From positions 744,001 to 808,000 of the forward strand of contig NW_027590137.1 in assembly GCF_964213995.1 (NCBI RefSeq): a stretch of DNA of 64,000 nucleotides. The letters run 5' to 3'. Positions within the stretch are counted from its first letter, which is position 1. Each line of letters starts with the position of its first letter. This stretch comes from Mustelus asterias (taxonomy: Eukaryota). The notes under the pieces are model-generated. The model ran no database searches, had not been told where the DNA came from, and saw only the letters and a program-made list of their open reading frames with translations. Positions 37,550 through 49,639 of the stretch are shown here, piece after piece. Position numbers and translations under genes: made by a program.

Positions 37550-37985
37550 TGCTCACTGCCCTGCCTCCGCTGCATGTTTAAATTTACCCAAAACTGGTGC
37601 CTTTAGCAATGCCGGTGATATTAGAAGTATCAATTTTCCATTTTTAACCTTCCATCTGGATAGAGTTGCAATATCCGATAACTGTCAGTACAGGTGCAGT
37701 GTATGGAAACATATTAAGTAAACTCTCTTGTTTCCTTGTTCCACACACTGAGTAAAGAAACAAACAGGAAAAATAACTGCTTCTCAGACACCGAAGCGGA
37801 TAGAAATGCAACAGAAAGATGGCTAAACATGAAAAAAAGGAAGATAGAAAGATCTATAATAAGTAGATTTGTTCTTTGTTCTTTGGATAGATAGACGCAT
37901 AGATCAGTTAATTCTGTCTATGTACGCAAGCACTTTATTTATCCCTGTATGTATCTTCATGTTAATTGTATTCTTATTGTGACAG

Positions 37986-38305
37986 ATGTTCCTTTTCACT
38001 CGGAAACATTTCAGGTGTCGCTGAATCGGGTAAAACTGGGACAGACCGTCTCCCTTCACCACAATGTTACTGTCACTACAAATGACTTTGTATTCTGGTA
38101 CCGGCAATTCACCAATCAAGCTCCCGAGTATCTCGTATCCACATTCAGAGATGTAACAGTTGAGGGAAGGTTTAAAGCATTTGTGGACCGTGTGAAAGGC
38201 TTCACTGCTCTCACTGTTAACACGGTTGAGTTGTCAGACGCTGCGGTGTATTACAGTGCAGTGAGGCACGGTGAAACAGAGAGATGAGGAGCCTGTACAA
38301 TAACT
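37986..38305 (+). pseudogene. TCR alpha-like V ORF lacking both canonical cysteines, with 23-RSS (V4)
   Basis: GQTVSLHHN..FWYRQ..APEYLV..LSDAAVYYSAVR; CACGGTG 38267-38273, 23 nt, ACAATAACT 38297-38305; no convincing leader found. Confidence 0.82.
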
Positions 38306-38310
38306 CACTC

Positions 38311-38567
38311 ATGATGTGGAGATGCCGGCGTTGGACTGGGGTAAATACGGTAAGAAGTCTTACAACACCAAGTTAAAGTCCAACAGGTTTATTTGGTAGC
38401 AAAAGCCACTAGCTTTCGGAACAGGCTGTTCCTTCGTCAGGTGAGTGGGAGTTCTGATCACAAACAGGGCACAAAGACACAAACTCAATTTACATGAATA
38501 ATGATTGGAATGTGAGTCTTTACAGCTAATCAAGTCTTAAAGGTACAGACAATGTGAGTGGAGGGAG
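38311..38567 (-). mobile_element. Penelope-like terminal fragment with 13-bp TSD and hammerhead motif
   Basis: CAATAACTCACTC at 38298-38310 and 38568-38580; minus strand CTGACGA-a-GGAACA gcc TGTTCC-GAAA-gc-TA at 38405-38448. Confidence 0.85.
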
Positions 38568-39616
38568 CAATAACTCACTCGACATGGGGACAGTGGGCAC
38601 AACAGCCCATAGACTTTAGAAATGAGTGTGATGCAAGTAAAATCGACAGAAAATGTTCTTGGTCCGAGTAATATGATGGGATTGAAAATGCATGTTATTA
38701 TTTCTAATAATTGAACTTGCAGATTAACACTCAAAAGAAACATGTAAATCATTCTTTGATACATTGGCTGATTGAAATTTGGTTGTCATAATTGTTTTAT
38801 TGTCAGCGAGTTTTCAAAACTTCCGTTCGTTCGAAATGAACAATTCAAGCATATCAGTTGTGGATTTATGAGTTTATTAAAGCAAAATTCATCCATCTAC
38901 ACAGCTGAACATGCACTGTGCTAATGGCGCAGGCGCACCTGAAAACTGAGATAAATGATTTGTATCAATACTAAACAGCAAATGTAGCAAAATCAAAATG
39001 ACAAAGGCAGCAGATGTCGCAATAACATCAAAGTAATAAAACACATAATAAACTGCAACAATAAAAATCCTGCAATATGATGCAGCAACATAAACAAAAT
39101 TGAGAATCGCTGTATCACAGATGACGCCCCAAGACCTCATCTTTCGCTAAAACTTGCAGAACCGTCAGTTCCCCTGTCACAGGTGACAGCTGGAGCATTT
39201 TGACACCACCACAAACTACAGCGCAAGAGCCGATGTGTGAATTACGGAAGTTCTAAACCAGAAACTTTGGGATCTATCCCCAATTCAGGGCATTGTGGCA
39301 ACAGACATTATCCAGTCACAGAGGTTGATGATCTGTTTGTAAATTCTTCCAATAAGCCGAATGACAAATGATAAGAACAGGAGAGTTGCCTGGCCAGCCT
39401 TACTGCAGGAGGTGATGGAAACCACTGCAGGACTTTGCCAGGCATAATCATGGAGCAATCAAATGGAATTCTTTGATAAACCAGCTCCACCTCAAGTAAG
39501 AAAACATATCTTGTAATTAATAGTTTGAGAAATCACCAGGATTTCAGGTTTCATTTCAGACTCACTCTGATCATAATGTTTTCCTAACGCTCTGTTATGT
39601 TGAGCGAGCCTCTGAC

Positions 39617-40537
39617 AGTTTTTGTACAGGTTCAGCCCAGCTCTGTGTCTCTGTGGGTCTCAGTGCGCAGTAATAAACCCCGGAGTCTGCCAGCTCTGTT
39701 TTAGACACTTTCAGCGGGACGGTGCGGGTTGTATCATTGAGCTCCGCTAAAAAACGGTCCCCTGAGGATCTCCCTGTGTTTCCGCTGTATTTATTTGTCT
39801 GCAGCAGGAACTCCATGAATCCGCTGGGATACTGACGGTAACCAGAACAAGTATAGAGTGTTCGCACTTGTAGCTGAATAATTACAGAACAACCCTACAT
39901 TGACTCCTTCAGTGACGGCGACTGCAGGTGTCTGTGAAACAGAATCTCCTCGACAATGCCCTGTAAAAACACAAAGGAATATTAAGTTACACAATGCGTC
40001 TGCATTCTGTTTCCCCCAGGACTTGCTCGTCATCCTGAACATAACCTCAGAGAGAAATCAGACAGCTGAACAGAAGCATATTTTTCACAGTTCAGTGGCT
40101 GGAACGGGAAGGTGCTGGCGGTGATTAAATAAAACTTCCAACATAAACATTCTGTGCTTTCTAACGAGATTAGTTCCTCGCCTTCATTCCCTGTGACTGG
40201 AACGGGAAATTGCTCACTGTCTGTGTGTTTGAAAGTCTAGTGATTGTCAAATCATTTTTTGTTATCAGAGAAGTTTGAATCTCGGCCTAACTTCGAAAAT
40301 GTGTCGACTGCCATCAAACAGTGTTCAGTGTTGAAATCAGCGAGATCCGAATGACTATTCGAAGTTGGGATCAAGCCAATCCTCCGATCACCTACCCTCA
40401 CCCCCTTCCACTGAACGAACTGCCCGATATAATATAGTGTGAGGGAAACATGTGAAACACAGTGTTGAGCAACTTGTGAACTTACCAGTTAAAAGAGCTG
40501 CTGCTGTGAGGAATAAATATAGGGTAACAGGAGACAT
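39617..40537 (-). pseudogene. TCR alpha/delta-like V with leader exon (40537-40486), V exon (39960-39656), single +1 frameshift, 23-RSS (V5)
   Basis: MSPVTLYLFLTAAALLT then G-GTAAG donor; GHCRGDSVSQTP..LFCNYS..LFW[+T]YRQ..ADSGVYYCALR; CACAGAG 39655-39649, 23 nt, ACAAAAACT 39625-39617; TGAGTCA at 40616-40622 upstream. Confidence 0.88.
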
Positions 40538-40817
40538 GTTTGCAGAGAGCTCGCAGTGGATGTGACCAGAAAGGGTTGAAGCTGAAATTGTTTTCGTCAA
40601 GAGTTGGGAAGAAGTTGAGTCATATCCGGGCCCCTATTGATTGGTTCATTGCTGCCAACCTCATCATATGACATCCAATTGGCTTCAAATAATAAAATTC
40701 AGTCTCACCAATTCCAATTCAGAATTCTCGGAAGAAGATATTTGGTGAGGTATGTAAATCAACAAGCCCCAAAATGTTCTCAATGACCCCATTCCAAACC
40801 TGATTGAACAGAATCTG

Positions 40818-41338
40818 ATGTGGAGATGCCGGCGTTGGACTGGGGTGAACACAGTAAGAAGTCTCACAACACCAGGTTAAAGTCCAACAGGTTTATTTGG
40901 TAGCAAACACCATAAGCTTTCGGAGCGCTGCTCCTTCGTCAGATGGAGTGGAAATGTGCTCTCAAACAGTGCACAGAGACACAAAATCAAGTTACAGAAT
41001 ACTGAATTAGAATGCGAATCCCTACAGCCAGCCAGGTCTTAAAGATGCAGACAATGCAGATGCAGAAATAGGCAGAGCCCCCAGGATGGGTAATTAGCAG
41101 TAAAAAAAAATTAGCAGACAAGTCCCTCCACCCACATTGTCTCCATCTTTAAGATCTGGTTGGCTGTAGGGATTCGCATTCTAATCAGTATTCTGTAACT
41201 TGATTTTGTGTCTCTGTGCACTGTTTGAGAGCACATTTCCACTCCATCTGACGAAGGAGCAGCGCTCCGAAAGCTTATGGTGTTTGCTACCAAATAAACC
41301 CATTGGACTTTAACCTGGTGTTGTGAGACTTCTTACTG
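40818..41338. mobile_element. Penelope-like inverted-repeat insertion with 13-bp TSD and captured central sequence
   Basis: TGAACAGAATCTG at 40805-40817 and 41339-41351; arms ~40818-41056 and ~41125-41340 are inverted copies. Confidence 0.88.
41242..41282 (+). ncRNA. Minimal type I hammerhead ribozyme motif (mirror copy on minus strand 40908-40948)
   Basis: CTCCAT-CTGACGA-a-GGAGC agc GCTCC-GAAA-gc-TT-ATGGTG. Confidence 0.7.
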
Positions 41339-41627
41339 TGAACAGAATCTGCCAGCAGAGGGCACCAAATCCCTGCATGCTCATTAGAAGGTCACGTGGG
41401 TCCAACGCCGAAGCCAAAAGGGATGTGTTCCTGAGTGAGGTCACAATGGGGCTGGTCCCTGCATTGCGTCTCAATCATCCCATTCCCATTCACTGAGATA
41501 CTCAGTCAGACAGACTGGCGGCGCTATGTGACAGTAAGTGAAGAATTATGTTCATTAACACAGTTTAGCAGATTGACGACAATAGATTGTAATCTGATTT
41601 AATATAGTTCACGGTATATATGTATAT

Positions 41628-41977
41628 ATCATAGAAATCATAGAAACCCTACAGTACAGAAAGAGGCCATTCGGCCCATCGAGTCTGCACCGACCACAAT
41701 CCCACCCAGGCCCTACCCCCATATCCCTACATATTTTACCCACTAATCCCTCTAATCTACACATCTCAGGACACTAAGGGCAATTTTTAACCTGGCCAAT
41801 CAACCTAACCCGCACATCATTGGACAGTGGGAGGAAACCGGAGCACCCGGAGGAAACCCACGCAGACACGAGGAGAATGTGCAAACTCCACACAGACAGT
41901 GACCCAAGCCGGGAATCGAACCCAGGTCCCTGGAGCTGTGAAGCAGCAGTGCTAACCACTGTGCGACCGTGCCGCCC
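41628..41977 (-). mobile_element. HE1-type SINE
   Basis: Full match, (ATCATAGAA)n tail. Confidence 0.92.
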
Positions 41978-42078
41978 ATGTATATATATATGGACAGGTT
42001 GTAAAATGGAAACTTACGCACACATACAGATATATCGTTCCTCTTTAACCTTGGACTCTTATTTATCTACTTTTACAG

Positions 42079-42376
42079 GCGGAATATGTGCAGTAACTCA
42101 GTCTCTGGTGCCGTTAACTGTGCAAGAAGAAGGTTTAGCGCAGTTCGATTGTGAATAATCAGACCAACTATGCAATTGCATCAGCAGAAATAGGCAGAGC
42201 ACCCAGGATGGGTAATTAGCACTAAAAAAAATTAGCACTGGGAAAGGGAAAATCTCAGGAACATTTGTGATGGCTGTTGACGAGTCTGGTTCCTCAGTAT
42301 AGGCGGCATGAGCGCGGAGGATGGAACGGCCGATTACTATGCTGTGAGGCACAGCGTCAGGAAAAGCACATAAACC
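42079..42376 (+). pseudogene. Decayed TCR V pseudogene (V6)
   Basis: TTTACAG acceptor, AVTQSLVPLTVQEEGLAQFDCE*, ..GATTACTATGCTGTGAGG, CACAGCG 42350-42356, 11 nt, ACATAAACC 42368-42376. Confidence 0.72.
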
Positions 42377-43479
42377 TCAGCGCATTCAGTCAAATGTTTT
42401 TGGGGCCTTTACCTGAGACATTAGTTTCTTTCTAGCTTTACAGAGTCAGGTTTTTATATCAAACGTTTGGATTGCTGTCCCTGCCCTTGTTGAAATCAAT
42501 GGGGAGCCTGTCTGGGAAATCAGAATTCATAACTGTACCCCAAGTGATATCAGCTCAGTAAATAACTTGGAACATAGTGTGCCGGCCGAGGTGGAGAATG
42601 CCGACAGGCGTGCAGTAATGCCGCTCATTATGGGCTGTTCATCCTGCCAGTTAACTGAAAAGGATCCCAAGGCAGTGAGTCTGTGTCACTGGGTTCTATA
42701 TCAAAAACAAAATGTATAAAAGTCTGGGATTGAATTTAACCAATGAAGTGAAAAATTGTCCTTTAGAAAGCAAATCACCGAACAGCACAACCAGGACATC
42801 AGAAAGGTCCTTGGACAGCAACTGTGCCTGGTGTAGATTCGGACAGGCAATAACTCACATCTAACAGTATGTTGTTCCTTCTCGTCTGAAGTTAAATAAG
42901 GAATGCAGATCAGGAATATATTTCACTTACTGGGAGACTGGAGAAAGTTTTCCAGGGACAGCTTTATATAAATGCCCAGTTCTCTGATGAAGCACAGGCT
43001 ACAAACATGCCAGGACTGTTCTTCTGCCGGTTTTTATACGACCGATATTGATCTTCACTGCACAGAAATAGGTGGCGGTGTCTGTGATCTTGGCGTCGCT
43101 AACATTTAGAACGTTTCGAGTCCAGATGACCCTTCGTTAAATTGTTGTTGTGAGCTGCATTATTTGTGAGAATGAGAGTGACGGAGTGGGATTGATCCAC
43201 AGCCAGTGTCACCAGTTTGAGGACAGGAGGGGAGAGAACCTAGAGAGAAGACTAGAAACTGAATCGAGCAATGAGCAGAGAGGGAGAAGTGTGTGTGGGG
43301 CACAGAATTGTTTGCTCTGAATTTCTGTCCTGTACTTACACTGATAACTTCTGTAAACTCCTTTTGCAGGGAGTTCGAGGGAGAGAAGTTCCAGATGGGA
43401 AAGTCAGAACAAACATCATATCAAAATCTGACAGTCACTTGATTCATCAGGACCTGAATATCATCAACCTCTGAATGTG

Positions 43480-44704
43480 GAAGGAGAAATGTTTGTCTGT
43501 TCTGTCTGTGGGGAAAGATTTTAAACATCAGTGTAACTGAAAAAGCACCGAGACACACATACACCCGAGTGAGAGTGTTCCAGTGAACTGACTGTGGAAA
43601 GAACTTTAACCATTAAACAGCCTGAAAAAACATCATACCATTCAATGTGGAGAAATGTACAGGTGTTCTGTGTGAGGCTCCAACTGATCATCCAACCTGC
43701 AGAGACAAATGAATAATTGAATCGCGGAGAAAGCGTGGACATATGGTGACTGTGGAATGGGATTAATTTTCCCTTTTGAACTGGGACATGATCAATGCAG
43801 GGACCTTTCACCTTCTCCATGTGTGGAGATGGATTTACTCAGTTATCCAGTCTGTCGACACACCAGCCAGTTCATACCCAGGAGAGGCTGTTCAGATGTT
43901 CCACATGTGGGAAGGAATTTGCTGACTCATGTGACCTCCTGGCTCATGAGCAAGTTCACACTGAGGAGAGCGCATTCACCAGGCCTGTGTGTGGCAACGA
44001 ATTCACTCAGTCATCCCAGCTCACTGAACATCAACATGTACACAGTGATCAGAGACTTTTTAAATGTTCTGACTGTGAGAAGAGCTTTAAAAGCAAGAAG
44101 TATCTGCAAATACACCAGCGACTTCACACTGGGGAGAAACTGTTCATCTTGTGTGTGAGTGGGAAGAGATTTGTTCAGTCATTTGACTTGCTAATTCACC
44201 AGCGACATCACATTGGGGTGAGGCCATTCACTTGCTGTGTGTGTGAAAAGGGATTCACTCAACCACACCAGCGAGTTCACACTGAGGAGAGGCCATTTAT
44301 TTGCTGTGTGTGTGGGAAGGGATTCACTCAGACATCCCACCTTGTGACACACCAGCAGGTTCACACTGGGAACAGACCATTCATCCTCTGAGAGTGTGAA
44401 GGGATTCATTCAGTCATACCAGCTTCTGTTGCACCAGCGAATTCACATTGGAGAGAGGCCATTCACCTGCTCCATGTGTGCTAAGGGATTCATTCAGTCA
44501 TCAGACAGTCTGGTGCACCAACGAGTTCATACTAAGGAGAGGCTATTCACCTGCTCTGTATGTGGGAAAAGATTCTCTCAGTCTTCCCAACTCCTGAAAC
44601 ACCAGCGAGTTCACACTGGGGAGAGGCCATTCACCTGCTCTGAGTGTGGGAAGGGATTCACTCAGTCATCACACCTTGTGACACACCAGCGAGTTCACAA
44701 ATGA
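43480..44704 (+). pseudogene. C2H2 zinc-finger pseudogene (ZNF-G)
   Basis: Fingers split across ORFs 43795-44391 and 44396-44704 by stop/frameshift; several broken fingers. Confidence 0.85.
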
Positions 44705-45394
44705 CTGCAAGAATTAGATTCTGCTTTTAATCATATTGAAGACTGAATGTGTGGGTTAATCCTGATGTAAGAAAGCCACTCTCTTCCATGGTTTAGAGCT
44801 CCTAGATATGGAACAGAACCTCCTTTACAACTATGTTTAGAGTCAGGAAGAATGCTGGAAACATGATGTCAAATCAGAGATTGGTGTAAAACTGGGATCT
44901 GTTCCTGACAAAGTAAAACGGCAGGTTTAACTTTACCGTCTGAAAATAGTACGAAGATTGAAAATGTTTGTGTGAAAATCCTGCATCTACCAATGTAAGG
45001 TAATGATAACATCAAGTTACATTTCTATCTGGAACCTTTGGCCATCTCTCACCTTCCATTGACTTCAGTGATAGAAACTGACTGTTGAAATCTGTCAACA
45101 TTAGAAAACTATTTATAAATAATTTGAGGGTTTTTTACAGTTGGGATCTTTCTCTGTTCTCTCCACTCAAGATATTAGATACCAGACTTTCTCCTGTGAA
45201 TATCCAGCTGGAGTATTGGGCCCTGATATGTTCCTTTGTTCATCTTATTGACTCTAAATATTGAACCTTGTGGTTTCAGCCGCTGATAATCAAGCTCCCA
45301 ACAACAGATTGTCTTTTACTGACTTTATTAACAGCGCTGCAATAATACAGACAGAGTAATTCCTCACATGGTTCCAGTACTCAGTGAAGTACTT

Positions 45395-45778
45395 TTTAAA
45401 AATTCATTCATGTGATGTGGATGTCACTGGCTTGGCCAGCATTTAGTACCCACCCTAATTACCCTTGAACTGAGCGGATTGCTCGGCCATTGCAGAGGGC
45501 ATTTAAGAGTCAACCACATTGCTGTGGATCTGGAGTCAAAGATGTGCCAGACCAGGTAAGGACGGCAGATTTCCTTCCCTAAACACATTCGTGAACCAGA
45601 TGGTTTTTTTTACAACAATCGACAACAGTTTCATGGTCATCAGACTTTTAACTCCAGATTTTTATTGAATTCAGATTTCACCACCTGCCGTGATGGGATT
45701 CGAACCCTGGTCCCTGAAGTATTACCTGGGACTCTTGATTACTAGTCCAGCGACAATATCACTCTGCCACTGCCTGCC
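45395..45778 (-). mobile_element. Second tRNA-derived SINE family
   Basis: Reverse complement homologue of 17111-17460. Confidence 0.8.
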
Positions 45779-45855
45779 TTTTATATGAAATTTATATGCA
45801 TCTCCGAGCCTGTAATGGTGTATTGGTCTGTAATTTTAACAATCTAATTCAATAT

Positions 45856-48645
45856 TAAGACCATAAGACCATAAGACATAGGAGCGGAAGTAAGGCCATT
45901 CGGCCCATCGAGTCCACTCCACCATTCAATCATGGTTGATTTCAACTCCATTTACCCGCTCTCTCCCCATAGCCCTTAATTCCTCGAGAAATCAAGAATT
46001 TATCAATTTCTGTCTTGAAGACGCTCAACGTCTCAGCCTCCACAGCCCTCTGTGGCAATGAATTCCACAGACCTACCACTCTCTGGCTGAAGAAATTTCT
46101 CCTCATCTCTGTTCTAAAGTGACTCCCTTTTATTCTAAGGCTGTGCCCCCGCGTCCTAGTCTCCCCTGCTAATGGAAACAACTTCCCTACGTCCATCCTA
46201 TCTAAGCCGTTCATTATCTTGTAAGTTTCTATTAGATCTCCCCTCAACCTCCTAAACTCCAATGAATATAATCCCACGATCCTCAGACGTTCATCGTATG
46301 TCAGGCCTACCATTCCTGGGATCATCCGTGTGAATCTCCGCTGGACCCGCTCCAGTGCCAGTATGTCCTTCCTGAGGTGTGGGGCCCAAAATTGTTCACA
46401 GTACTCCAAATGGGGCCTAACCAGTGCTTTATAAAGCCTCAGAAGTACATCCCTGCTTTTGTATTCCAAGCCTCTTGAGATAAATGACAACATTACATTT
46501 GCTTTCTTAATTACAGACTCAACCTGCAAGTTTACCTTTAGAGAATCCTGGACTCGGACTCCCAAGTCCCTTTGCACTTTAGCATTATGAATTTTGTCAC
46601 CGTTTAGAAAATAGTCCATGCCTCTATTCTTTTTTCCAAAGTGCAAGACCTCGCACTTGCCCACGTTGAATTTCATCAGCCACTTCTTGGACCACTCTCC
46701 TAAACTGTCTAAATCTTTCTACAGCCTCGCCACCTCCTCAATACTACCTGCCCCTCCACCTATCTTTGTATCATCGGCAAACTTGGCCAGAATGCCCCCA
46801 GTCCCGTCATCTAGATCGTTAATATATAAAGAGAACAGCTGTGGCCCCAACACTGAACCCTGCGGGACACCACTTGTCACCGGTTGCCATTCTGAGAAAG
46901 AACCTTTTATCCCAACTCTCTGCCTTCTGTCTGACAGCCAATCATCAATCCATGTTAGTACCTTGCCTCGAATACCATGGGCCCTTATTTTACTCAGCAG
47001 TCTCCCGTGAGGCACCTTGTCAAAGGCCTTTTGGAAGTCAAGATAGATAACATCCATTGGCTCTCCTTGGTCTAACCTATTTATTATCTCTTCAAAGAAC
47101 TCTAACAGGTTTGTCAGGCACGACCTCCCCTTACTAAATCCATGCTGACTTGTCCTAATCCGACCCTGCACTTCCAAGAATTTAGAAATCTCATCCTTAA
47201 TGATGGATTCTAGAATTTTGCCAACAACTGAGGTTAGGCTAATTGGCCTATAATTTTCCATCTTTTTTCTTGTTCCCTTCTTGAACAGCGATTTTCCAAT
47301 CCTCTGGGACTTTCCCTGACTCCAGTGACTTTTGAAAGATCATAACTAACGCCTCCACTATTTCTTCAGCTATCTCCTTTAGAACTCTAGGATGTAGCCC
47401 ATCTGGGCCCGGAGATTTATCAATTTTCAGACCTTTTAGTTTCTCTAGCACTTTCTCCTTTGTGATGGCAACCATATTCAACTCTGCCCCGACTTTCCTG
47501 AATTGTTGGGATATTACTCATGTCTTCTACTGTGAAGACTGACGCAAAGTACTTATTAAGTTCCTCAGCTATTTCCTTGTCTCCCATCACTAGATTACCA
47601 GCGTCATTTTGGAGCGGCCCAATGTCTACTTTTGCCTCCCGTTTGTTTTTAATGTATTTAAAGAAACTTTTACTATCATTCCTAATGTTACTGGCTAGCC
47701 TACCTTCATATTTGATCCTCTCCTTCCTTATTTCTCTCTTTGTTATCCTCTGTTTGTTTTTATAGCCTTCCCAATCTTCTGACTTCCCACTACTCTTTGC
47801 CACATTATAGGATCTCTCTTTTGCCTTGATGCATTCCCTGACTTCCTTTGTCAGCCATGGCTGCCTAATCCCCCCTCTGATAACCTTTCTTTTGTTTGGG
47901 ATGAACCTCTGCACTGTGTCCTCAATTACTCCCAGAAACTCCTGCCATTGCTGTTCTACTGTCTTTCCCACTAGGCTCTGCTTCCAGTCGATTTTTGTCA
48001 GTTCCTCCCTCATGCGCCTGTAATTACCTTTATTTAACTGTAGAACCTTCACATCTGATTCTGCCTTCCTTCTTTCAAATTGCAGACTGAATTATGATCA
48101 CTGCTTCCTAAGTGTTCCCTTACTTTAAGATCTTTTATCACGTCTGGCTCATTACATAACACTAAGTCCAGAATAGCCTGTTCCCTCGTGGGCTCCATCA
48201 CAAGCTGTTCCAAAAAGCCATCCTGTAAACATTCAATGAATTCCCTTTCTTTGGGTCCACTGGCAACATTATTTACCCAGTCCACCTGCATATTGAAATC
48301 CCCCATGATCACTGTGACCTTGCCTTTCTGACATGCCCTTTCTATTTCGTGGTGCATTTTGTGCCCCTGGTCCTGACCACTGTCAGGAGGCCTGTACATA
48401 ACTCCCATTATGGTTTTTTTGCCTTTGTGGTTCCTCAACTCTACCCACACAGACTCCACATCGTCTGACCCTATGTCGTTTAGTGCTATTGATTTAATTT
48501 CATTTCTAATTAACAAGGCAACCCCGCCCCCTCTACCCACCTCTCTGTCTTTTCGATAGGTTGTGAATCCCTGGATGTTTAACTGCCAGTCCTGAACCCC
48601 CTGCAACCACGTCTCTGTGATGCCTACCACATCATACCTGCCAGT
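45856..48645 (-). mobile_element. CR1 LINE, nearly complete ORF2 (APE endonuclease + RT) broken by indels
   Basis: [67 protein letters not shown]; (TAAGACCA)n tail. Confidence 0.96.
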
Positions 48646-49639
48646 TTGTTAAGGTTCATCTTTCTGGGGAGTTAACCTTCCCTTGAGTCTTTGATTAAAG
48701 GCATTTTTGGAAGTTTAAAAACAGGATCACAAGAACGCTTAAGTAATTAATTTTGGTTATTGTTGTTGTAAAGCACATGCTAAGTTTCTCTGTTTGTGTA
48801 TGGATGATATTTGTGGGTTGAACGCTTCAAGCTTTGAGTTTTTCTGTCTGTGATTTAAATCAAACATTTAAAAAAGGAAGTGTAATTAATAAAATGTTTT
48901 TTTTCAAAAGTTATGAACTTGGAGCCATATTTACTGGACAGAGACACCTTTCCAGGATATTTTACTAAACATGCAGGAATTTTAATCCGGATAAAACTCA
49001 CATGTGAGAATGAGAGTTTTAATTTGTAATGGTTATTTAAAATATGGTACTTATGAAACGACTCTGACCAATCCTGTGTTGGATTGATCTTGGGTTAAAC
49101 TTCCTGTCAGGTCCAAAGATTTATTCCTGACACAACACAATGAAAAGGAAAATTCTGGAATTGGATACTGAAGAAAAGAGTTTAAAAGGAGAGATTATTA
49201 AATAGAAATGTTCCCAGACCGTGTGGTCATTAGATTGAAACAAAGGAAGGGTGCTGACATCCATTTGAAAACTTTTAATCCACCCCTTTCAAACTCAGTC
49301 TATGTACAAAGAAAACGCCAAGGATGGTAGATAAGGGGGTCTGGAAAACATCATGATGGTGGCATCTATCTGTTCATGAGATGCTCACAAAGCCCCATGA
49401 TGCCCAGATACTAATTTCATTGCACCTATATGTAATGTATGTAATCTATCACCATTCTGATTGGATTGTGTCCAGCCGGGATGGGCTGAGTAACTGGATA
49501 AGAATTGATGATATTCTGTGTTGGGTGGAGTTGCGCATGGTCAGCCCCTGTGGCTTCTCCCCGCTGGCGTAACTCAATGAACTGTTTGTCGATTGAATCA
49601 GGTTTGAGTGTTGAATGATTCTTCTGAGTTCATTCCCCC

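Noticed and set aside
39040-39270. Possible extremely decayed eighth V (QLEHFDTTTNYSAR then CAGAAACT)
   Set aside because: No WYRQ, no Cys and no heptamer; cannot be supported by eye
32580-42380. D, J (FGxG) or constant-region exons
   Set aside because: None recognised in the window
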